64,000 nt of DNA from Candidatus Effluviviaceae Genus I sp. (GTDB lineage: Bacteria; Joyebacterota; Joyebacteria; Joyebacterales; Joyebacteraceae): NCBI GenBank assembly GCA_016867725.1, contig VGIX01000003.1:26866-90865 (forward strand), read 5' to 3'. Within the stretch, counting starts at the first letter, position 1. Every line of letters begins with the position of its first letter. Shown here one piece after another: positions 57,270 to 64,000 of the stretch. The notes under the pieces were generated by a model. The model saw only the letters and a program-made list of their open reading frames with translations. It searched no databases and had not been told where the DNA came from. The position numbers and the translations under genes were made by a program.

Positions 57270-58832
57270 CTACTTGGCGTAGTCCACGGCTCTCGACTCG
57301 CGGATCACGACGACCTTGATCTGGCCCGGGTACTTGAGCTCCGCCTCGATCTTCCTCGCCACGGCCGAGGCGAGGGCCTCGGCGCGGGCGTCGTCGATCT
57401 TCTTGTGCTGGACCATGATGCGGATCTCGCGGCCCGCCTGGATCGCGTAGGAGCGCTCGACGCCCTGGAAGGTCCCCGCGATCTGCTCGAGCTTCTCGAG
57501 GCGCTTGATGTAGGTCTCGAGCGTCTCGCGCCGCGCGCCCGGCCTCGCGCCGGACACGGCGTCGGCCGCCTGGACGAGCACGGCGATCATGCTCGTGTGC
57601 TCGACGTCCTCGTGATGGGACTCGATCGAGTTGACGACGACCTCGTCTTCCCCGTACCGGGAGGCCAGCTCCGCGCCGAGCGCGGCGTGCGTCCCCTCCA
57701 TCGTGTGGTCCACGGCCTTGCCGAGGTCGTGGAGGAGCCCCGCGCGCTTGGCCACCGCGACGTCGAGCCCGAGCTCGCCGGCCATGAGACCGGTCAGGTA
57801 GGCGACCTCCTTGGAGTGCTGGAGCACGTTCTGACCGTAGCTCGTCCGGTACCGGAGCTTCCCGAGGAGCTTGATGAGCTCCGGGCGAAGGTCGTGGATG
57901 CCGACGTCCAGGCACGCCTCCTCGCCGGTCTCGGTGATCTTCTGGTCGAGCTCCTTCGTGACCTTCTCGACGACCTCCTCGATCCGCCCCGGGTGGATCC
58001 GCCCGTCCCCGATGAGCCGCTCGAGCGAGAGCCTCGCCACCTCGCGGCGCACGGGATCGAAGCCCGACAGGATCACGGCCTCGGGGGTGTCGTCCACGAT
58101 CACGTCGATGCCGGTCGCGGTCTCGAACGCTCGGATGTTCCTGCCCTCGCGGCCGATGATCCTGCCCTTCATCTCGTCGCTGGGGAGGTTCACCACCGAC
58201 ACGGTGGACTCCACGACGTGGTCGGCGGCGCACCGCTGGATGGCCAGCGTGAGGATCTGCTTCGCCTCCTTGTCGCCCTGCCTCCGCGCGTCGTCCCGGA
58301 TGTCCTTGACCATCCTCGCGGCCTCGAGGCGCGCCTCGCTCTCCATGTTCTTGATGAGCAGCTTCTTCGCGTCGTCGCGGTTCATGCCCGCGATCCGCTC
58401 GAGCCGCTCGTTCTGCTCGTCGATCAGCTTCGAGACCTTCTCGGAACGCTCGACGATCTCCGCTTCCTTCGCGGCCTGCTCGGTCTCCGACCGGGCGAGC
58501 TCCTGTTCCTTCTTGTCGAGGAACTCCACCCTCCTGTTGAGGTCATCCTCCCGCTTCTCCAACTGCCTCTGGAGCTTCTCGAGCTCCGCTCGTGTCGCCT
58601 GCGTGTCTTCCTCGAACCTGGACTTCGCCTTGTACCACTCGTCCTTCGCCTCGAGGATCGCCGCCTTCTTCTGCGTCTCGGCCTCGCGCTGCGCCTCGCG
58701 GACGATCTTCTCGGCCAGTTCCTCGGCGCTCACGATCTTGCTGCGGTCCACGAGCCGTCTGGCGAACCAGCCGGCCACGAACACGGCAACGCCGATCAGG
58801 AACGCAACGACCATGGCTCCCCACTGGCTCAT
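57270..58832 (-). CDS. rny: ribonuclease Y
   Basis: N-terminal TM helix, coiled coil, KH domain ([13 protein letters not shown]) and HD domain (HSKEVA...LLHDLGK); the start is at the Met preceded by GGGAGGGAG. Confidence 0.88.
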   Translation of the reverse strand: MSQWGAMVVAFLIGVAVFVAGWFARRLVDRSKIVSAEELAEKIVREAQREAETQKKAAILEAKDEWYKAKSRFEEDTQATRAELEKLQRQLEKREDDLNRRVEFLDKKEQELARSETEQAAKEAEIVERSEKVSKLIDEQNERLERIAGMNRDDAKKLLIKNMESEARLEAARMVKDIRDDARRQGDKEAKQILTLAIQRCAADHVVESTVSVVNLPSDEMKGRIIGREGRNIRAFETATGIDVIVDDTPEAVILSGFDPVRREVARLSLERLIGDGRIHPGRIEEVVEKVTKELDQKITETGEEACLDVGIHDLRPELIKLLGKLRYRTSYGQNVLQHSKEVAYLTGLMAGELGLDVAVAKRAGLLHDLGKAVDHTMEGTHAALGAELASRYGEDEVVVNSIESHHEDVEHTSMIAVLVQAADAVSGARPGARRETLETYIKRLEKLEQIAGTFQGVERSYAIQAGREIRIMVQHKKIDDARAEALASAVARKIEAELKYPGQIKVVVIRESRAVDYAK

Positions 58833-58893
58833 GCGGTCGTCTCCCTCCCATCTATCGCATTGTGGTCCTGCGCCGATCGGCCGGCCCCCGGCA

Positions 58894-60276
58894 TCACGTG
58901 CCCTCCGGATCCTCGACCGGCGAAGCGGCGTCCCATCGGGACAACCGCTCCCGGACCTCCCTCTCGTACCCCGCATCGCCGGGCGTGTAGAAGCTCCGGC
59001 GCTTCTCGACGTAGTCCTGCCTTCTGCCCTCGGCCTCCGAGCGCGGCATCTCGTACGCGGCCCCCCGCCCCAGCCGCGCGGCTCCCGCGTAGCCCGCGGC
59101 GCGCAGGTGCGCCGGAACCTCCCCCGAGTCCTCCGTCCGGACGGCCTCCTCGGCCGCGGCGATCGCGTCGGCGCACGCCCTGCTCTTGGGCGCCGCCGCG
59201 AGGTAGATCGTCGCCTCGGCGAGCGCGTACCGCGCCTCGGGAAGCCCGAGCATCTCGACGGCCCTGGCCGCCCCGACCGCAAGTCCCAGGGCCCCCGGGT
59301 CGGCAAGCCCCACGTCCTCGGAGGCCAGGATCACGAGCCGCCTCGCGATGAAGCGCGGGTCCTCGCCGCCCTCGAGCATCCTGGCCAGCCAGAAGAGCGC
59401 CGCATCGGGCTGCGAGCCGCGCACGCTCTTGATGAACGCCGACGCCACGTCGTAGTGCGCGTCGCCGTCGCGGTCGTGCCTGATCACGCGGCGCGCGAGA
59501 CACCCCTCGGCCACGGCCAGGCTCACGCGGATGGCGCCGCCTTTGTCCGGCGGCGTCGAGAGCGCCGCGAGTTCGAGCGCCGAGAGGGCCCTCCTCGCGT
59601 CCCCGAGCGCGTTGTCGGCCAGGTGGTCCAGCGCGTCGTCCGCCGCCTCGACGCGGTACTCGCCGAGGCCCCGCTCCCGGTCGGCGAGGGCGGACACCAG
59701 GATCGCCCGCACGTCGTCCCTCGAGAGCGGCCGGAACTCGAACACCTGAACGCGCGACAGGAGCGCCTGGTTCAGGTAGAAGAACGGGTTCTCCACCGTC
59801 GCGCCGATCATGACGAACGCGTCGTCCTCGAGGGGCGCGAGCAGCACGTCCTGCTGGGCCTTGTTGAACCGGTGCACCTCGTCGATGAACACGATCGTCC
59901 GCCGGGGCGAGCGCTGCCGCGCGCCGGTGACGGCGGCCCGCAGATCGGCCACGCCGGCCTCGACCGCGTTGAGCCTCACGAGCGCCGACCCGGTGGCCTC
60001 CGCGATCACGTGGCCGAGGGAGGTCTTGCCGCTCCCAGGAGGGCCGTACAGGATCATCGAGAACAGCCTGTCGGCCTCGATGGCCCTCCGAAGCAGCTTG
60101 CCCGGTCCCAGCACGTGGTCCTGTCCGCGATACTCACCGAGCGCCCGCGGCCGCATCCTCTTCGCGAGAGGCGCGTGCGGGGCTTCGGGAACCGTGAAGA
60201 GGCCCCCCGGCTCAGCGTGGGCATCGCGCAACGCGTTCACCTCGTTCATCCGAACGCGGGACACGGGGCAGGGCAT
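58894..60276 (-). CDS. rarA: replication-associated recombination protein A (AAA+ ATPase MgsA/RarA)
   Basis: Walker [10 protein letters not shown], Walker [12 protein letters not shown] and MgsA C-terminal domains; an alternative start at Met10 is possible. Confidence 0.8.
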   Translation of the reverse strand: MPCPVSRVRMNEVNALRDAHAEPGGLFTVPEAPHAPLAKRMRPRALGEYRGQDHVLGPGKLLRRAIEADRLFSMILYGPPGSGKTSLGHVIAEATGSALVRLNAVEAGVADLRAAVTGARQRSPRRTIVFIDEVHRFNKAQQDVLLAPLEDDAFVMIGATVENPFFYLNQALLSRVQVFEFRPLSRDDVRAILVSALADRERGLGEYRVEAADDALDHLADNALGDARRALSALELAALSTPPDKGGAIRVSLAVAEGCLARRVIRHDRDGDAHYDVASAFIKSVRGSQPDAALFWLARMLEGGEDPRFIARRLVILASEDVGLADPGALGLAVGAARAVEMLGLPEARYALAEATIYLAAAPKSRACADAIAAAEEAVRTEDSGEVPAHLRAAGYAGAARLGRGAAYEMPRSEAEGRRQDYVEKRRSFYTPGDAGYEREVRERLSRWDAASPVEDPEGT

Positions 60277-60381
60277 CGGGCTGGGCTGGAACGAAGCTCG
60301 GTCGACGGCATCGGCGTGGCGCCTCCGAATGCGGCGGCGCGCTCTGAAGGTCAGCGAAAGGCCTGAGAAGGGCCGCGGGGG

Positions 60382-60663
60382 TCACTCGCCCATCTGGGAC
60401 TCGATCTCCTGCGAGAGTTCCTCGGCCCGCTCCTCGACCTCGGCCAGCAGCCTGTTCCGGTCGTCTCGCTCCCGGAAAAGCTCGCCGGCGATGTTGAGGG
60501 CCGCGAGAATGGCCACCTTGAGGGAAGAGCCAAGGGCCGTTTCGCCGTCCACCTCCCGCATCTTGCTGTCCACGTAGTGGGCGATCTCCTGAATGCTCTC
60601 AGGGTCCGCGTCCCCGCGGATTCGGTACTCCGACCCGAAGATCTCGACCTTCACGCTGCTCAT
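60382..60663 (-). CDS. zapA: cell division protein ZapA
   Basis: About 93 aa with a V.I.G..Y.I ... L.VA..AALN.A.E pattern. Confidence 0.7.
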   Translation of the reverse strand: MSSVKVEIFGSEYRIRGDADPESIQEIAHYVDSKMREVDGETALGSSLKVAILAALNIAGELFRERDDRNRLLAEVEERAEELSQEIESQMGE

Positions 60664-60742
60664 CAGGTGATCTCAGGCTTCGTCGCCCCATCGGGGGGCG
60701 CTCACCGGGGACACCGCGACGCGACGGAGCGCCGCCGGGCCC

Positions 60743-60988
60743 CTAGGCCAGCTTCTCGCCGATCGATCTCATCTTCTGCTCGATCCGCTTCCGCTGCCTC
60801 GCGTCTATCTTCTCACCGGACCAGACGCTCTTCATGTGGCCGGCGAGGTCCTCGAACTCCTTTCCCAGAGCGCGCAGGCGCTCCCTGAGCTCGGCGTTCT
60901 CCGCCCTCAGTCGCGCGAGCTCACCCACAGCCCGCGCGATCGAGGCCTCGAGCGCTTCCATTCCGGGCACCTGCATCGTCGTCTCCAC
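60743..60988 (-). CDS. small coiled-coil protein (ZapB-like/DUF904-like)
   Basis: 81 aa with predominantly heptad-repeat composition, directly upstream of zapA. Confidence 0.4.
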   Translation of the reverse strand: METTMQVPGMEALEASIARAVGELARLRAENAELRERLRALGKEFEDLAGHMKSVWSGEKIDARQRKRIEQKMRSIGEKLA

Positions 60989-61003
60989 GAAGGCGCCGCC
61001 CGG

Positions 61004-63388
61004 TCACTTCCGGAGCGACGCCCCCAGCTCCTTGAGGAGGCGGTTGACGACGCGGCCGTGCGCCTCGTCGACCTCCGCGTCCGTCAGGGTGCGCTCGCGC
61101 GACATGTACGTCAGCGACAGGCCAAGGCTCTTCTTCCCCGCGGGAAGCTGCGAGCCACGGTACAGGTCGAACACTTCCACGGACTGCAGGAGCGCCTCGC
61201 CGTGCCCGCCGACCACGTCCAGCACGCCGGCCGCGGGCGTCCCGTCATCCAGGATCAGCGCAACGTCGCGCCGCACCTTGGGATACCGCGGTAGCCGCTC
61301 GTGTTTCCCCACCAACCTGCACCCCCGTGCCAGCTCATCAAGGGAGAGCTCGAACACGAACACCGGCTGCTCGAGATCCCACGCGTCCAGCACGCCGCGA
61401 GAGATCATGCCGAGATGCCCGATCTCCCGCCCGCCTGCGGAGAGCACCGCCCCCTCCGCGCGGTCGAACAGCGGGCGGCCATCGTAGCAGCGCATGCCCA
61501 GGCTGTCAACCCCGAGCGCTTCCCCGAGGGCCCACAGGGCGCCCTTGCCGTCGAAGAAGTCGGTGGACCGGGACTGCCCGTCCCACGCCGGCCTTCCGGC
61601 CCGGCCCGTCATCGCCCCGGCCAGCGACCACGCCTCGGCGGTCGCCGTCCCCTGTCTCGAGAACACCTTCGCGATCTCGAAGACCCTGACGTCCTTCTCC
61701 CCCACGTTCCAGTTCGTCCGGACGACGTCCAGGAGACCCGGGACGGCGGTGGGACGAAGGAGCGGCGCGTCCCTGTTGATGGGGTTGGAGAGCGTCGGGG
61801 CGGCCGCAGGGTCCGCCCCCACGCGCTCGAGCACGGCCGGGCTCGTGAAGGAGCTCGTGAGCGCCTCGTAGAAGCCCAGGCCGACCATCGCCCCGCGGAC
61901 CTGCGCGACGCGCGCGTCGCGCTTCTCGTAGCGCTCGTCGAGACCGCGGAAGGGCACCGCCGACGCGACGTTCTCGTATCCGTGCGACCGCGTGACCTCC
62001 TCGACGAGATCGGCCTCGAGCTCGATGTCGCGCCGGAAGCTCGGCACGCTCACGCGGAGCGCGTCGGCGTCCGGCGCCACGCCGAAACCGAGCGCGGCAA
62101 GGTGTCCGGCCGCGTCGGACGTCGAGACCCCGTCACCGAGCAGGCGCCGCACCGACGACATCCTGAGGGTGACCGGCGAGGGAGCCGGAAGGCCAGGGCC
62201 GACGTCCACGGCGCCGGGGGCCACCTGCCCTCCGGCGATCGACGCAATCAGGCCGCACACGCGGGCGGCGACGCGGTCCATGGCCGCCGTGTCCACGCCT
62301 CGCTCGAACCGCCACGAGGCCTCCGTCCGGAGCCCGACGCCGCGCGCGCCGCGCCTGACGATCACCGGGTCGAAGCAGGCGCACTCCAGGAGCACGGTCG
62401 TCGTGCCCTCGGTCACCTCGCTGCCCGCGCCGCCCATGACGCCGGCGAGGGCCACGGGGTGCGCCGCGTCGGCGATCACGAGCTGCGAGGGGCCGAGCTT
62501 GCGGGTGACCCCGTCGAGCGTGACGAGCTCCTCGCCCGCCGACGCGCGCCGCACGACGATGCGTCGCCCCTCGAGCGCCTCGAAGTCGAACGCGTGCACG
62601 GGGTGCCCGAGCTCGAGCATCGCGAAGTTCGTCGCGTCCACGACGTTGTTGATGGGCCGCTGCCCCACGCTCTCGAGCCTCTCGGCGAGCCACGCCGGGG
62701 AAGGGCCGACCTTCACTCCCGCGATCACGCGGGCGATGTACCGCGGACAGCCGGCGGGATCGAGGATCTCGACCCCCGTGAGGGCGGACGCGGGCGTGCC
62801 CGACTCGAGGAGGTCGACGCGCGGCTCCCTGAGCGGCGAGCGCGTCATCGCGGCGACCTCGCGGGCGACGCCGACGATGCCCGTGCAGTCCGGTCGGTTG
62901 GGCTGGACCTCGACGTCCACCGCGTCGGCCGTGAGCGCGAGCGCGCTGCGGATGTCCTCGCCGAGCGACGACGAGGGATCGAGCTCGATGATCCCCGCCG
63001 CGTCGTCGGAGACGCCGAGCTCGGCCGCCGACACGAGCATCCCGAACGAGCGCCTCCCGCGGATGGTCTGCTCGCCGATCGCGCGCCCGCCGGCGATGAC
63101 GGCGCCGGGGAGCGCAAGCCCCGTCACGAGGCCGGCCCGCGCGTTCGGCGCGCCGCACACGACGCTCGCCGAGCCGCTGCCCCAGTCGACGACGCAGACG
63201 CTGAGGCTGTCGGCGTCCGGGTGTCGGTCAACGGTCACGATCTTCGCGACGACCACGCCCGTCGCGTCCGCGCCGGCCGGGCGCACGGGGACGGTCTCCG
63301 TGAGGCGCTCGGTCAGACGCCGGGCGAGCTCGACGGCGTCCATGTCGAAGTCGACGTAGTCCCTGAGCCACGCGAGGCTCACCTTCAT
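61004..63388 (-). CDS. pheT: phenylalanine--tRNA ligase beta subunit
   Basis: [14 protein letters not shown]-terminus, tRNA-binding, B3/B4, B5 and anticodon-binding domains; 794 aa. Confidence 0.92.
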   Translation of the reverse strand: MKVSLAWLRDYVDFDMDAVELARRLTERLTETVPVRPAGADATGVVVAKIVTVDRHPDADSLSVCVVDWGSGSASVVCGAPNARAGLVTGLALPGAVIAGGRAIGEQTIRGRRSFGMLVSAAELGVSDDAAGIIELDPSSSLGEDIRSALALTADAVDVEVQPNRPDCTGIVGVAREVAAMTRSPLREPRVDLLESGTPASALTGVEILDPAGCPRYIARVIAGVKVGPSPAWLAERLESVGQRPINNVVDATNFAMLELGHPVHAFDFEALEGRRIVVRRASAGEELVTLDGVTRKLGPSQLVIADAAHPVALAGVMGGAGSEVTEGTTTVLLECACFDPVIVRRGARGVGLRTEASWRFERGVDTAAMDRVAARVCGLIASIAGGQVAPGAVDVGPGLPAPSPVTLRMSSVRRLLGDGVSTSDAAGHLAALGFGVAPDADALRVSVPSFRRDIELEADLVEEVTRSHGYENVASAVPFRGLDERYEKRDARVAQVRGAMVGLGFYEALTSSFTSPAVLERVGADPAAAPTLSNPINRDAPLLRPTAVPGLLDVVRTNWNVGEKDVRVFEIAKVFSRQGTATAEAWSLAGAMTGRAGRPAWDGQSRSTDFFDGKGALWALGEALGVDSLGMRCYDGRPLFDRAEGAVLSAGGREIGHLGMISRGVLDAWDLEQPVFVFELSLDELARGCRLVGKHERLPRYPKVRRDVALILDDGTPAAGVLDVVGGHGEALLQSVEVFDLYRGSQLPAGKKSLGLSLTYMSRERTLTDAEVDEAHGRVVNRLLKELGASLRK

Positions 63389-63397
63389 GGGCGCCCC

Positions 63398-64000
63398 TCA
63401 GACCCCCCGGAGGAACCGGAGGTCGTTCTCCAGAAAGAGCCGGATGTCGTCCGTGCCCGTCAGCATCATGCACACGCGGTCCACGCCCAGCCCGAACGCG
63501 TAGCCGCTCACGGCGTCCGGGTCGTACCCCACGGCCCGGAAGACGCGCGGGTCCACCATCCCCGCTCCGACAAGCTCCACCCAGCCCGTCCCCTTGCAGA
63601 CGCTGCATCCCGAGCCGCCGCAGATGCTGCAGCGGACGTCCACCTCGATGGACGGCTCGGTGAACGGGAAGAAGCCGGGACGGAAGCGGATGCCCACGTC
63701 GTCCCCCAGAAGCTCCTTCAGGAATCGCGTGAGGACGCCCCTGAGCTCTGCCAGGCGGACGTCGCGGTCCACGTAGAGCCCCTCGAGCTGGTAGAACTCG
63801 GAGCCGTGCGAGGCGTCGGGGTTCTCGTTCCGGTACACCCGCCCCGGCGCGATGATACGCACGGGCGGCTTCGTGGACTGCATCACGCGGATCTGCACGG
63901 GCGACGTGTGCGTGCGGAGGAGGGACCCGCCGTCAACGTAGAAGGTGTCCCACATGTCCCGCGCGGGGTGGTCCGGCGGGATGTTCAGCGCCTCGAAGTT
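63398..64000 (-). CDS. pheS: phenylalanine--tRNA ligase alpha subunit (partial; N-terminus lies beyond the window end)
   Basis: Class II aaRS motifs 2 and 3 ([12 protein letters not shown]...[11 protein letters not shown]...AFGLGVDR); the ORF continues past position 64000. Confidence 0.88.
   Translation of the reverse strand, partial: NFEALNIPPDHPARDMWDTFYVDGGSLLRTHTSPVQIRVMQSTKPPVRIIAPGRVYRNENPDASHGSEFYQLEGLYVDRDVRLAELRGVLTRFLKELLGDDVGIRFRPGFFPFTEPSIEVDVRCSICGGSGCSVCKGTGWVELVGAGMVDPRVFRAVGYDPDAVSGYAFGLGVDRVCMMLTGTDDIRLFLENDLRFLRGV

Overview
The window is a 64-kb, roughly 70% GC, gene-dense bacterial chromosomal segment made up almost entirely of housekeeping operons. Adjacent genes are very often coupled by 4-nt ATGA/GTGA start-stop overlaps. 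All assignments below come from reading the supplied ORF translations and the DNA by eye. No searches were run, so domain names rest on remembered motifs. On the + strand: tRNA-Pro(GGG); a lipid A late acyltransferase (LpxL-like) and a GT2 glycosyltransferase; the surE-pcm-(LOG-like)-nlpD-like module interrupted by tRNA-Pro(CGG); apt; tRNA-Arg(CCT); a complete pyrimidine operon (pyrB-C-K-D-F-E); and a purine block (CBS-less guaB homolog, guaA, purB-C-F-H-E-A); then folE2. After folE2 comes a less conventional region, about 25.9-35.3 kb: a small EF-Tu-domain-2-like protein; an HTH regulator; a secreted TPR/TonB_C protein; a GT39-like/TPR membrane glycosyltransferase; an ABC ATPase and permease; a tight cluster of four small ORFs (DUF1858, a standalone NrdD-type glycyl-radical-motif protein, an 8-Cys mini-protein, Mth938-like); a promoter-driven secreted Cys-rich protein with a long leader; and a TPR membrane protein. 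On the - strand: leuS; a FadL-family OMP; a NapC/NirT-like multiheme cytochrome; holA; lptE; a sigma54 response regulator with an atypical receiver; UDP-sugar epimerase and dehydrogenase; a HAD-CTP_transf fusion; an M28 peptidase; tRNA-Arg(CCG); a DUF362 ferredoxin; nadK; dxs; ispA; xseB; xseA; folD; ymdB; rny; rarA; zapA; pheT; and a partial pheS. Two secreted peptidases (S1 and M28) carry Por_Secre_tail/FlgD-Ig-like C-terminal domains. Together with LptE, FadL and the high GC, these suggest a Gram-negative FCB-superphylum-like lineage (e.g. Gemmatimonadota-like); this is an inference. No CRISPR array, transposase, integrase or obvious prophage was seen. The most unusual content is the small-ORF cluster at 32.2-33.3 kb.
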